From the NCBI GenBank assembly GCA_029855935.1, contig JAGSHN010000012.1, positions 32,001 to 96,000 of the forward strand: a stretch of DNA of 64,000 nucleotides. The letters are read 5' to 3'. A program made the position numbers and the translations under genes. Below, in pieces: positions 1 through 10,349 of this stretch (its first letter is position 1; each line of letters begins with the position of its first letter). Under the pieces are notes generated by a model. It did not search any database. It saw nothing but the letters and a program-made list of their open reading frames with translations, and was not told the origin of the DNA. The DNA is from Candidatus Thorarchaeota archaeon. GTDB taxonomy: Archaea; Asgardarchaeota; Thorarchaeia; Thorarchaeales; Thorarchaeaceae.

Positions 1-3000
1 CCCTTGGCCCACTGACCTCAGCCTCAGTGTTTCGCCGAGTCCTGCTCATCCCGATGAGGACATCACCATCAATGGCGCGTTGACGGTTCCCGGACAGGGT
101 GGGAATCCGCTCTCAAACGGAGCCGTTACAATCTGGTGGCAGAACTCGACTGGGAGTTTCAACCTCACAGTGCAGCTGACCAATGCTACGGGCCTCTACT
201 CGTTTGTGTATCACATTCCGCTCAATCACGAATTTGGCACGGTCTTGGTCTGGGCCGAGTTTGTCTCGCCTTGGCTTGAGTACGAGGACTCCACATCATC
301 AGTATTCTCGCTCACAGTGACAAACTACACAACCTCATTGTCGATATTCTCCAATCGCAGCTACTACCATCTCAATGAGACAGCCTACATTTGGGGTCGG
401 CTGACCTTTGAGAATGGGACGCCCATTGCAGGCCACAATGTTACCCTGTATTGGATCAACAGTACTGGGTCATTCTCTTATCCGCTGGCGACAAACAGCT
501 CTGGCTGGTTCAACTTCTACTACGCCCTCGACCCCGCGAAGGACAGTGTGGAGAATGTCACAGTCACAGTCGAGTTCATCTCATGGACGCGTCTGCACTC
601 AGATGCCACCGCATCAATATCCCCCCTTCCTCTACAGCTCTACCAGCTCGACCTCGCAGCCGCTCTCAATGCTTCCCAATACCATCAGGATGAGGCCTTG
701 TTGCTCACAGGTACGCTGACCTTCCATGAGAATGGTGCAGGAATAGCCGGTGAGACGATATATGTCTACTATCGCAACTCAATGGGTCTGTTCCAGTATC
801 TCAAGGTCACCAACAGCTCAGGAGGGTTCTCCTTTCAGTACAACTTCACATTGAACGATACGCTTGGCGCAATCTATGTCTGGGCCGAGTACAATAGCAG
901 TAATCAGCTCTGGGCTGATGCTCAATCGGCCAATCGGACCGCCACAGTCATCCTGTACTCTCTATCTCTGACAACCTTCACCAACTCGACCTCATATCAT
1001 CTCAACGAGACAATCCACGTCTACGGGCAACTGACGTTTCAACACAACGGCACTGCAATTGTGGGGGAGTCCGTTACAATCTGGATGCTTTGGAACAATG
1101 GCACGCAACATAGTTTTGCGGGATATGTGACCAATGCGACAGGATACTACAACTTCTACTACAATTGTTCCGTGACCAAGGACTCTGCGGCGACCATTAC
1201 CATCTGGGCCAAGTACGTACGTACCAACGTGTTATGGGATAATGCCTCATCATTACCTGGCAAGGATGTTGACCTGATACTCTATCCCCTCACTCTGACG
1301 CTGAGCAGTCCAAGCCCCATCTACCTCGACGAACCGCTGGTGTTCACTGGCCAGCTGACGCACCAGGGAGGGAGTCCCCCACTGGCCTCACAGACTGTGA
1401 ACATCTACATCCTGCAGGGATCGGACTGGGTATTGCTCACATCTGCCGTCACGAACAGTACTGGCCATTTCGTGGTCAGCGTGTCCGGTGCACTCACGGC
1501 TGAAGGGACCTACTACTTCAAGGCCAACTACTCGAGTACCAACCCGCTGAATGCTGATGCAGAGACTCCAACAAGCATCACTGTTGACGCCCAGAGGTAT
1601 CCTATCTTCGTAGACATCTGGGTCACACCGACCACCGTCAAGCTCAACGAGTCAGTACTGATTCAGGCGCAGTTGACCTTTGGTAACAACGCGTCTGCGG
1701 TTGTCGGCGAGACTGTGCTCCTGCACTGGTACAACGGCACCGACTATGTGATCCTCTCTGCCGTGACCAATGGAAGCGGATTCGTCACTCTCAACTACTC
1801 CGATTTGGAGGGCCACACGGTCTGGACTGGCATTGAGGTATATGCCACCTTCGCGGGCACGTGGCTCTTGGGAGCCAACAGCTCGGTGCACGTGAGCGTC
1901 ATACTCGAGCAGTGGCTGACACTCATCACTGGTTTCACAACGTATGGTCAGGCATCGTTCTATATCTTGGACTACATCCACATCAATGGGACACTCTACT
2001 ACGACTTGCCGGGGCCAGACAAGCCATTTGCGTACGTAGATGTGACAATCCTGTTGGATGGCAACCCAGTCGGTACCGTGACCACGCTCTGGAATGGCAC
2101 GTTTGACGCATTCTGGAGGATTCCCGATGATGCGTCAGAGGGTTCGCATCAGCTTAGTGTGGCCTTTATGTCGCCGTACTCTTGGATTGCAGACTACGAG
2201 ACCTCCCCCACAACGGTTGTCTTCAACAAGTACGACCTTGTATGGACGTTTGATGCCACTCCTCAGGATCCCGTATATCTGACAGAGATGCTGAGTGTCA
2301 GTGGCACGGTCTATCTCAGCAACGGCACGCCACTCGCCAACGAAGAGGTGACTCTCTACTGGCTGCTCTCAGGCGCAACGACATCAACGATTATTGCGCA
2401 GTTCTCAACAGCTCCTGACGGTTCATTCAGTTATGCGTTTAGTGTTGGCGAGGACACCGCCACGGGCCCAGCACAGATCTGGGCGTACTGTGCTCCCACC
2501 CAACCGTACATCAACTCTGGAGCCAGCACTCATGTGAATCTGAACATTAGTGCAATCCCAGTCGACCTGAATATCGCTCCCTACCCGACACTGTTCTATC
2601 GTGGCGAGCGGTTCCGTGTGACGGGGCATCTCGCGTGGGGCAACGGTACTGGCGATGATATGGTCGGCTACTCCGTGGGACTCTACATCAATGGCGAGCT
2701 GATGGCAGCAAACATGACAGGCTCGGACGGCAGCTTTATTCTTGTCTTTGATTTCAACTGGACCTATCCTGTGGGGGCCGTACCCACGAGGATTGCCTTT
2801 CTGAGGCCCAGTATCGCCTTTGAGGAGACTCAGACAGGTCCTGTTACCGTCGAGATTCACGACAGGATAACAATCACACTTGACTCTCCAACGGTCTCAA
2901 TGATCGTGTTTGGGGAGACCCTCACAATATCTGGTGTTGTGAACAACGCTCATGCCGCTGTTGCTGGAGTTCCTCTGATTGTGCTTATCGATGGCTCTAG

Positions 3001-4225
3001 GTCGTCCTTTGCCACAGGAAACAGTCTTCCTAATGGCACATTCTCTCTCTCCCTTGTCGTATCGGACTCTCTTGCGCCGGGTGACCACAACTTCTCTGTC
3101 GCTCCTGACTCGGACTACTACGAGCTTAGCGAAAGCGTGGCGGGCTGGGACATTGCTGTCTACATCGGCAGTGACCTCTCAGTCTACGTGCCATCGGCCG
3201 AATCGGTCACCCGCGGGGAGAACTTTACGGTTCAGATTCGTCTGCTTGACCAGTACGGCCAGAGCGTGGTGGGTATTGTCACCGTCTACTTGAATGACAC
3301 TGCCTTGCAGTCTATTGAGGTGGACTCGACCACTTGGGCATCATTCGAACTGACAGTGCCCACATCTTGGTCAGAGAGCGGATACTACTTTGTGAAGGTA
3401 GAGTATGCGGGAGACCGTCCGAACTACATCAACGGCTCCTCTGCAGTGGCCAATACTCCCATTCATGTCTTTGCAAACGCCGAGGTGGTTCTCGACTCCC
3501 CATCAGGTGACACGATTGCTGTCGGGACGTCCCTTGTCATCAGTGGCACATTGGTGGACGACTCTGCCTCCGCGTTCCCCGTGGCCGGAAGGACACTCAC
3601 AATAACTGTAAATGGTCAGAGCAGTACTGTCATCACTGATCAAGATGGCAGGTTCTCGGTCGTGGCTGTGGACCGAACCCTTAATGGTACGTACTCGATC
3701 AGAATTACGCTGAGCACGAGCACGGGCACAGACATCACTGTGTCGAGCTTCACAGTCCTAGCTCAGGCAAACACAGGTGGTAATATGCAGCTTGCAGACC
3801 TACTGATTCCGGGGATAGCGCTTGCCGCTGCTGTTGTGGCAGTGCTACTGTATCTGTACTTCGTGCGTGGCTACTTCAGAGGCCGTGCGCCGACTGTTGG
3901 CATCGACATCGCTGGAAAGCTTCGGAATATCAAGCGCTTGGCCGATGCAGGCAAGTATGATGCTGCAGTGTCATTGGCGTACCGTACCTTTGAGCAGATG
4001 TGCGGAATCAAGACTGGTGACGAGCGGAAGAGCTCGGAGACATCCCGCGAGTACTTGGAGCGCGTGGTGAAGTCACTGCCAGTCGACCCCGCCACCGTCG
4101 AACAGTTCGTGGAACTATACGAGGAGGCACGATTCTCGCATCACCAGGTCACCCGCGAGAAGTACGAGGATGCAATCAGAATCTTCACAGACCTGTATCC
4201 GCGCATTGAGATTAGTCCCAAGTAG
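1..4225 (+). CDS. Giant cell-surface glycoprotein (5'-truncated): tandem ~100-110 aa Ig-like beta-sandwich repeats, C-terminal TM helix and cytoplasmic DUF4129-like domain
   Basis: Frame is open from position 2, so the gene starts upstream of the window. Repeats of the type Y.L.E...I.G.L...G..I.G..V...TN.SG.F, many NxS/T sequons, TM segment LLIPGIALAAAVVAVLLYLYFV, tail ETSREY...LYEEARFSHH typical of DUF4129. Confidence 0.85.
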   Translation, partial: PWPTDLSLSVSPSPAHPDEDITINGALTVPGQGGNPLSNGAVTIWWQNSTGSFNLTVQLTNATGLYSFVYHIPLNHEFGTVLVWAEFVSPWLEYEDSTSSVFSLTVTNYTTSLSIFSNRSYYHLNETAYIWGRLTFENGTPIAGHNVTLYWINSTGSFSYPLATNSSGWFNFYYALDPAKDSVENVTVTVEFISWTRLHSDATASISPLPLQLYQLDLAAALNASQYHQDEALLLTGTLTFHENGAGIAGETIYVYYRNSMGLFQYLKVTNSSGGFSFQYNFTLNDTLGAIYVWAEYNSSNQLWADAQSANRTATVILYSLSLTTFTNSTSYHLNETIHVYGQLTFQHNGTAIVGESVTIWMLWNNGTQHSFAGYVTNATGYYNFYYNCSVTKDSAATITIWAKYVRTNVLWDNASSLPGKDVDLILYPLTLTLSSPSPIYLDEPLVFTGQLTHQGGSPPLASQTVNIYILQGSDWVLLTSAVTNSTGHFVVSVSGALTAEGTYYFKANYSSTNPLNADAETPTSITVDAQRYPIFVDIWVTPTTVKLNESVLIQAQLTFGNNASAVVGETVLLHWYNGTDYVILSAVTNGSGFVTLNYSDLEGHTVWTGIEVYATFAGTWLLGANSSVHVSVILEQWLTLITGFTTYGQASFYILDYIHINGTLYYDLPGPDKPFAYVDVTILLDGNPVGTVTTLWNGTFDAFWRIPDDASEGSHQLSVAFMSPYSWIADYETSPTTVVFNKYDLVWTFDATPQDPVYLTEMLSVSGTVYLSNGTPLANEEVTLYWLLSGATTSTIIAQFSTAPDGSFSYAFSVGEDTATGPAQIWAYCAPTQPYINSGASTHVNLNISAIPVDLNIAPYPTLFYRGERFRVTGHLAWGNGTGDDMVGYSVGLYINGELMAANMTGSDGSFILVFDFNWTYPVGAVPTRIAFLRPSIAFEETQTGPVTVEIHDRITITLDSPTVSMIVFGETLTISGVVNNAHAAVAGVPLIVLIDGSRSSFATGNSLPNGTFSLSLVVSDSLAPGDHNFSVAPDSDYYELSESVAGWDIAVYIGSDLSVYVPSAESVTRGENFTVQIRLLDQYGQSVVGIVTVYLNDTALQSIEVDSTTWASFELTVPTSWSESGYYFVKVEYAGDRPNYINGSSAVANTPIHVFANAEVVLDSPSGDTIAVGTSLVISGTLVDDSASAFPVAGRTLTITVNGQSSTVITDQDGRFSVVAVDRTLNGTYSIRITLSTSTGTDITVSSFTVLAQANTGGNMQLADLLIPGIALAAAVVAVLLYLYFVRGYFRGRAPTVGIDIAGKLRNIKRLADAGKYDAAVSLAYRTFEQMCGIKTGDERKSSETSREYLERVVKSLPVDPATVEQFVELYEEARFSHHQVTREKYEDAIRIFTDLYPRIEISPK

Positions 4226-4244
4226 AGGCCGGATGTGAGTCGGA

Positions 4245-5633
4245 ATGGTTTGGAAGCAGACCCTCTGGATTGCCCTGTTTATGCTCTCATGGTTCCCAGT
4301 GGGTATGCTCATCTATGCCAGCAGCACGACCACGACCTACACTCAGGACTTCAGCATCTTCAATGAGGACTGGAACGGATACAGTACGTGGCGACAGGAC
4401 ATCAGCGACATGGGATACGAAACCCTAGCAATTCAGTCCTCGATGAGCGTAGTCACCAGATACAACGGCAGTGCAGTCCTTGTGGTTTCCGGCCCAGTCA
4501 TAGGTTTCTCCATAGACGCCGTGTTTGTGATATTCAATCACCTGATGCGTGGTGGGGGTGTGCTCATCGCCGACGACTTCGGGTCTGCAAACAGGTCTTT
4601 TGCACTGCTGAATAACCTCGTTGCAGGGGCTGCGAGCGGCACTGCACCTGTGAAGGTTCAAGGACTACTCGCCTTCACTGGCGGAGTGTTGCTGGACTTG
4701 GACTCCTACGACAAAACGCCCAAGCTGCCCGTCATCACGGATCTTCGGCCTGGGCTGGATGGTGGCGCTCTCACACAGGGAGTCACGAGTCTTCATCTCA
4801 ACTGGGCCACAGCCCTGAGCCCGAAGTCCGCCCTTGGCCTCTCAGGAATAGCGTGGACAACGCGCCGTGCGTGGTGCGACAAGAACATCTCGGATCCCAA
4901 CCCCTATCCCGACCCTGACGAGTGGAACGGCTCACTACCAGTTGCTGGAGCAATCGACCTCAGTCTTGTGCTGAGTCCCCGAGCGGGACGCATTGTTGCA
5001 GTCAGCGATCCGAGCATGTTCACCAATGACATGATCAACCGCGGCGACAACCGCCGCTTCGCCCAGAACATAATCTCGTGGCTCTCCCACGGGGACACGG
5101 ATCAGCCCGTTGTGTTCTGCGAGGACCTGCTGGCGACACCATGGTATGCTCCGGAGTTCTTCTTTGGCGCGTATCTGTCGCGCGTCCTCTGGCTATCTAC
5201 ACTGCCCTACATCTCCGCGGTGTATCCCTTCATCACGGTTGTCGGCATCAAGAAGTATCTCCCGGACATAAAGAAGCCAGAGGTCAAGGCGGTGTCCGAG
5301 GTCTTTGTGAGGCGCGGCCGGACCTACTTCAGTGAACGAATGGCGTACTATCGTACAGAGGGGAACTATGCTCGCGTGGTCAAGATGCTGTATCGGAAGT
5401 TGAAACGGGATCTGAAACGTACACAGGGCTGGGCGGACTACGATGCGCTCAAGGTATGGGACCTGCTGAAGAGCAAGGACCCTCAGATGACGAGGGACGA
5501 CTTTCTCAAGCGGATACAACGGATTGAGGCGATATCATCAAACCCGCGAATGAAGATTCGCGAGAGCGAGATGATGGACCTATTCTTTTTCATGCGTACT
5601 ATTCAAGACAAGCTTGTTGAATCAAAGATGTAG
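4245..5633 (+). CDS. DUF4350-like (GATase1-like fold) membrane-anchored protein of the MoxR operon
   Basis: N-terminal TM; FSIFNEDWNGYS, GGGVLIADDFG, GRIVAVSDPSMFTNDMI...DNRRF motifs; lies upstream of MoxR. Confidence 0.75.
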   Translation: MVWKQTLWIALFMLSWFPVGMLIYASSTTTTYTQDFSIFNEDWNGYSTWRQDISDMGYETLAIQSSMSVVTRYNGSAVLVVSGPVIGFSIDAVFVIFNHLMRGGGVLIADDFGSANRSFALLNNLVAGAASGTAPVKVQGLLAFTGGVLLDLDSYDKTPKLPVITDLRPGLDGGALTQGVTSLHLNWATALSPKSALGLSGIAWTTRRAWCDKNISDPNPYPDPDEWNGSLPVAGAIDLSLVLSPRAGRIVAVSDPSMFTNDMINRGDNRRFAQNIISWLSHGDTDQPVVFCEDLLATPWYAPEFFFGAYLSRVLWLSTLPYISAVYPFITVVGIKKYLPDIKKPEVKAVSEVFVRRGRTYFSERMAYYRTEGNYARVVKMLYRKLKRDLKRTQGWADYDALKVWDLLKSKDPQMTRDDFLKRIQRIEAISSNPRMKIRESEMMDLFFFMRTIQDKLVESKM

Positions 5634-5652
5634 TGATGAGGTGTTGAACGAG

Positions 5653-6639
5653 ATGACAATTGACGAGACCAGCGGACATGGTCACGGGTCGATGGATGTG
5701 ATGACTATAGACGAGGTCCACGACCTCACCCGTGAGATAATCCGTGAGGTACAACGCGTAATAGTCGGGAAGACTGAGATTCTGCGTGACTGCCTCATAG
5801 CAATGCTATCAAATGGTCACGTTGTTCTGGAGGGCGTCCCAGGACTTGCAAAGACCTACATGGCAAGGACTTTTGCATCCATCTTGGGTCTGCAGTTCAA
5901 ACGCATTCAGCTGACAGTAGACACACTCCCTGCGGACATCCTGGGAAGCAACGTGTTCAACCAGAAGAGCGGCGAGTTCTGGTTCAGGAAAGGACCAGTA
6001 TTTGCCAACCTGGTATTGGCCGATGAGATCAATCGCTGTCCTCCGAAGTCCCAGAGCGCGCTGCTCGAGGTCATGGAGGAGCGTCAGGTTTCCATCGAGG
6101 GTGTGACCCGGAAGCTCCCCGAACCGTTCTTGATAATCGCCACGCAGAACCCTGTCGAGCAAGAGGGAACCTATCCTCTTCCGGAGGCACAACTCGACAG
6201 GTTCATGTTCCGACTCATCCTCGACTATCCGACAAAGAACGAGGAGGCTGAGGTGATTCGGAGGAAGCATCAGGGCGAGGTGACCGATCTCAGGGTCCTT
6301 GCGGACGCTGAAACAATCATCCGGATGCAGAACACATGCAAGCTCGTCTACGTGGATGAGGACATAATCAACTATATCCGTGACATAATCGTCCGCACGC
6401 GTAACGACCCTCAGATACTCCTCGGTGGCTCACCACGCGCCTCGCTGGTACTTCTCAGTGCGTCGAAGGCACGAGCGGCGATGCACGGACGAGACTATGT
6501 CATCCCCGAGGATGTGAGGAAGCTCGCCGTACAGGCTCTGAACCACAGACTTCTGCTGAAACCAGAGGCCGAGCTTGAGGGAATGACGGTCGAGCGCGTG
6601 ATTGCCAAGATACTCGGCGAGGTTGACTGTCCTCGCTAG
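5653..6639 (+). CDS. moxR: MoxR-family AAA+ ATPase
   Basis: GHVVLEGVPGLAKT Walker A, LADEINR Walker B, ATQNPVEQEGTYPLPEAQLDRF; start approximate. Confidence 0.95.
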   Translation: MTIDETSGHGHGSMDVMTIDEVHDLTREIIREVQRVIVGKTEILRDCLIAMLSNGHVVLEGVPGLAKTYMARTFASILGLQFKRIQLTVDTLPADILGSNVFNQKSGEFWFRKGPVFANLVLADEINRCPPKSQSALLEVMEERQVSIEGVTRKLPEPFLIIATQNPVEQEGTYPLPEAQLDRFMFRLILDYPTKNEEAEVIRRKHQGEVTDLRVLADAETIIRMQNTCKLVYVDEDIINYIRDIIVRTRNDPQILLGGSPRASLVLLSASKARAAMHGRDYVIPEDVRKLAVQALNHRLLLKPEAELEGMTVERVIAKILGEVDCPR

Positions 6640-6673
6640 GTCGGACGGAATACCTTCCCGGAGAAGATCTGCG

Positions 6674-7996
6674 GTGCTGACCCAGAGAGGCTTTGTCGTG
6701 GTCTTTGGCGGCGTGCTACTACTGAGTAGTGGATTCTCCTACCAGAACTTCTACCTTACCCTGCTAGGTATATATCTCCTCGTCGGTCTCGTCGTCACAC
6801 TCCCTCTGTTTGCCCTGACTGCAAACGTGGCAGGGATTGAGGTAGAACGAACTCTCGACAAGACAAAGGTCTTCTCGGGCGACTTTGTACGTGTGCGTGT
6901 CACAATTCACAACCGTTCTCGTCGTCACTTCGACTTTATCGAGGTATGGGATCAGTACCCAGAGACGTGGATCCTAGCGATTGGTGAGAACTTTATGGCA
7001 TCTCGGATTGAGCCCGGGTCGAGCATCACGTTCTCGTACATTCTTCAGGTGCGGATGCGAGGCAAGTACCATATCGGCCCGACTGAGGTGATAATGCGGG
7101 ATCGTCTTGGTCTCCACTACTACAAGAGGACCCTGAAGGCTCAGACAGAGATACTCGTCTACCCGACGTGGAAAGACGTCCGCAGGATGGAGGCCCTTGG
7201 CAAGCAGCGTCAATTGGGACTTATGTTCGGTGCGCACAGGACAAGAGTGGTCGGTATGGGCACCGACTTTGCTGGTTTCAGAGTCTACGTCCCGGGCGAT
7301 GCGTTCAGACTGATTGACTGGAAGACCACGGCGAAGAGAGGCAAGCTGGTGGTCAAGCAGTTCGAGATGGAGAAAAATATTCAGATAATGTGCATGGTCG
7401 ACACGTCAGGTTCGATGGGTAACGGATATCCGGAGAACACTAAGCTCGAATACGCGATTCGTGCAGCCGTCTTGTTGACATATATGGGTCTGGAGCGCAA
7501 GGATCTGGTCGGCACGTGTGTCTTCTCGGACAAGGTTCACTCCTTCGTCGCACCAGCACTCAGCCCGAGCCACATGTATGATGTTCTTGAGGCGTTGGCT
7601 CTGGCTGAGCCCCGTGGTTGGAGCAACTTTGAGGCCGCCGTCGAGTATGTGACGAAACAGCTAAACAAGCGCACACTGTTCATATTCCTGACTGACCTTG
7701 AGGAGAGTCCCGCCCCACTACTCAATGCAATGAAGAGAGTCATTGCCAATGGCCACAAGGCACAGGTCATCAGTCCCTTCGGACCCTGGTTCGAGGCTCC
7801 TGTTGGTCAGTTTGGGCCCGTCGAACGTGTTCTTGCTGAGGCTGTCCAAGAGGAGCTATGGGAGCGGAGGAGCAAGATCGCTCGCGCCTTGGCACGATTC
7901 GGGATTGATGTTGTCAACGTAGGTCCAGAAGACTTCCTGCCCGTCATCATCAAGCAGTACAACTTGGCCAAACAGAGGGGGGTGGCGCTGTATTGA
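6674..7996 (+). CDS. DUF58 (VWA-like) protein with N-terminal TM helices
   Basis: DFAGFRVYVPGDAFRLIDWKTTAK and DTSGSM (MIDAS-like) motifs; classic MoxR partner; GTG 6674 chosen as start. Confidence 0.9.
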   Translation: MLTQRGFVVVFGGVLLLSSGFSYQNFYLTLLGIYLLVGLVVTLPLFALTANVAGIEVERTLDKTKVFSGDFVRVRVTIHNRSRRHFDFIEVWDQYPETWILAIGENFMASRIEPGSSITFSYILQVRMRGKYHIGPTEVIMRDRLGLHYYKRTLKAQTEILVYPTWKDVRRMEALGKQRQLGLMFGAHRTRVVGMGTDFAGFRVYVPGDAFRLIDWKTTAKRGKLVVKQFEMEKNIQIMCMVDTSGSMGNGYPENTKLEYAIRAAVLLTYMGLERKDLVGTCVFSDKVHSFVAPALSPSHMYDVLEALALAEPRGWSNFEAAVEYVTKQLNKRTLFIFLTDLEESPAPLLNAMKRVIANGHKAQVISPFGPWFEAPVGQFGPVERVLAEAVQEELWERRSKIARALARFGIDVVNVGPEDFLPVIIKQYNLAKQRGVALY

Positions 7997-9378
7997 AGAC
8001 AGTCACATGGATACTCCGCATACTGTCAACAGCGACATTCGCCTACATGTGCTTTATCGTATACAATCAGCTGCGCGGGTACTGGGACTGGAACTCCCCA
8101 TACGTCTTCATTGTGACAGTGTACCGCATTCTATCGCTCCTCCTCTTCTATCTGGTCATCATAGTGGCGCAAGGGTTTGAGCAGCTTGTTGGAGGTGGCG
8201 CCAGTAGCTCGCTCGCAACGGCGCTCTTCAACACCATCATGCTCAAGTTCTGGTACCTGCAACCCTACGGAGGAGCAACCCCTTTCACGGACATTCAACA
8301 GGTCTTCCTCTACCTGAATACGCAACTCGGCATAATCGCGATGGATCTCTGGGACCGCACCTTTACATTCCTCTACTTTCTCTTCGCAGGTATTGGAGTG
8401 GCAATGTTTCTGCAGTCCCTGTTCCGAATGGAGCACAAATTTGTTGCTGGTGCATTCCTCTCGATCCAAGCGATAATGATTGTGGCAGCCTTCAGGGGCC
8501 TTCCCATCTACGGTCAGGAGCCTATAGCCACTGGTTTCCTCGGCTTCCTCACGTCAGGACTACAGATTCTCGCTCTTGTGTCCTTTGCCTATCTTGAGAT
8601 CAGCTATCAGATGATCTACAGCTACTCAGTCGGGAAGCCTGTTGAGGATCGGCAAGAAACGCTCAAGAAACAGCTTCTAGCGCTGCGGGCCGAAGTCCGG
8701 AAACAGGATGCCATTGAGAGAGGTGAGAAGGTTGCGGCGACATCTACCAGCAGGCTATCAGGTGGTGCGACAGCGTTCTCATTCCTCCGTGAGGTGATAG
8801 AGCGCAAGTTATTGGGATCACGGGAAGCGCTTGAGAACCTCGATGCTGTCAGCGACATCCGACGTCTCAACATCTACATAGACCAGCTTCTTGCATCGGA
8901 CCCGAGTGCCCGTGACGAGCTGACAGCACGAGCAGCCGCCCCGTCCTCAGGATATGTGATCTACTCGACAGTCCTCGGCTCGATAATCCGGTTCCTGAGC
9001 GTGGTGGCGCTATCATATATTCTCGTCAACCCGCTTATACTGATAGAGCTGCTCAATCTCCCCCCGGGCATTTCGTATAGTGTGGAACTGCAGCAACCCG
9101 AGATGGTCGTGATTCTCCTTGTTCCAGTCCTCTTGCTCCTCGCCTTCATTGCTGCGATGATCCGCTGGTACTCTCAATGGGAGGAGGAGGCCCTCCAGCG
9201 GCAGATTGAGGCCGAGGAGAAGCGCAAGGCCCGTGAGAAGAAGAGAGAGGCCCGGCGGCTCCGCAGGGAGGCAAGAAAGAGGAGGAAGGCCCTGGAGAGG
9301 GGCCCAGAAGAAGGGGAAATCGACGAGTGGGATCGTGTGTTAGGAGAACTATACCAGTCGGAAGGCTCAGAGTCATGA
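7993..9378 (+). CDS. Polytopic membrane protein of unknown function with a highly charged C-terminal coiled tail
   Basis: Several hydrophobic segments; 4-nt overlap with the DUF58 stop; E/K/R-rich C-terminus. Confidence 0.75.
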   Translation: MKTVTWILRILSTATFAYMCFIVYNQLRGYWDWNSPYVFIVTVYRILSLLLFYLVIIVAQGFEQLVGGGASSSLATALFNTIMLKFWYLQPYGGATPFTDIQQVFLYLNTQLGIIAMDLWDRTFTFLYFLFAGIGVAMFLQSLFRMEHKFVAGAFLSIQAIMIVAAFRGLPIYGQEPIATGFLGFLTSGLQILALVSFAYLEISYQMIYSYSVGKPVEDRQETLKKQLLALRAEVRKQDAIERGEKVAATSTSRLSGGATAFSFLREVIERKLLGSREALENLDAVSDIRRLNIYIDQLLASDPSARDELTARAAAPSSGYVIYSTVLGSIIRFLSVVALSYILVNPLILIELLNLPPGISYSVELQQPEMVVILLVPVLLLLAFIAAMIRWYSQWEEEALQRQIEAEEKRKAREKKREARRLRREARKRRKALERGPEEGEIDEWDRVLGELYQSEGSES

Positions 9379-10334
9379 AGCACATTGTTCTCACTCACGG
9401 CGATGTTGATGGGCTGACGTCAGGGACGATCGGGGTGCTCGCTCTCCCTGGTGCGGACGTATATCTGACGCGACCCTCTCAGATTCACCAAGACCTGTAT
9501 CGTGTCGCCAAGGACGAACCCGATGTGGTGTCGATTAGTGACATCGCAGTGAATGTTGCCAGATTCGACGACATCATGCGGGCACTCTCTCGGTTTCCCG
9601 ACAAGACCACAATTCACTGGACCGACCACCATCCCCTATCAGCGCGTCTAAAGAGGAGATTGTCACAATGCGTCGAACTGTTTCACGAGATAGGCCCTTG
9701 CGCAGCAGAACTGATGTACCGGAAGTTCGAGGACGCTCTGCCTGAGCACGCGCTGCGTATAGCACTCTACGGGGCGATTGCTGACTACTGTGACAACACA
9801 CCCTTTACAAGGCGTCACTTCGATGACTTTGACAAGCGGACCCTCTATCTGGAGTCAGGCCTTCTCGTGCAGGCGCTGCAGGAGATTGACTACCGCCGAG
9901 AGTCGAAGGACATCATCTGGAGTATGGCTCTGGGGCTGGAGCCTAGTGCAATGCCCAACATTGTCTCCCTAGCAGTACAAGCCACGCGCATTGAGCATCA
10001 GATGTTTCAGTACGTACAGCAGTATGCGAAGAAGATGGGGCCGATAGGCTACGTCCTCGACGTCCCAATGGGTGGCTACCGGGGGAAGACTGCCAAGTTT
10101 GCTGCCTACGTCACAGACTCCGAGATTGGAATCAGCGCCAGGACAAGTGGCGACGAAGTGGATATGTCAATCAGGAGGAGGGGATCCCGTGTCGACCTCA
10201 ATAGACTCCTCAACAAGGTGATACCACAGCTCGACAACGCACAGGGCGGAGGCCATCCAGCCGCCTGCGGGGCTGCCGTGAGCCGTAGTGACTTTCCCCG
10301 CTTTCTGCAGCTGATGGGCGAAGAACTGGTGTGA
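9375..10334 (+). CDS. DHH/DHHA1 family phosphoesterase
   Basis: THGDVDG, SDIA, WTDHH and GGGHPAACG motifs; ATGA overlap with the upstream stop. Confidence 0.9.
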   Translation: MKHIVLTHGDVDGLTSGTIGVLALPGADVYLTRPSQIHQDLYRVAKDEPDVVSISDIAVNVARFDDIMRALSRFPDKTTIHWTDHHPLSARLKRRLSQCVELFHEIGPCAAELMYRKFEDALPEHALRIALYGAIADYCDNTPFTRRHFDDFDKRTLYLESGLLVQALQEIDYRRESKDIIWSMALGLEPSAMPNIVSLAVQATRIEHQMFQYVQQYAKKMGPIGYVLDVPMGGYRGKTAKFAAYVTDSEIGISARTSGDEVDMSIRRRGSRVDLNRLLNKVIPQLDNAQGGGHPAACGAAVSRSDFPRFLQLMGEELV

Positions 10335-10349
10335 GTTGTGCGGAACGGT

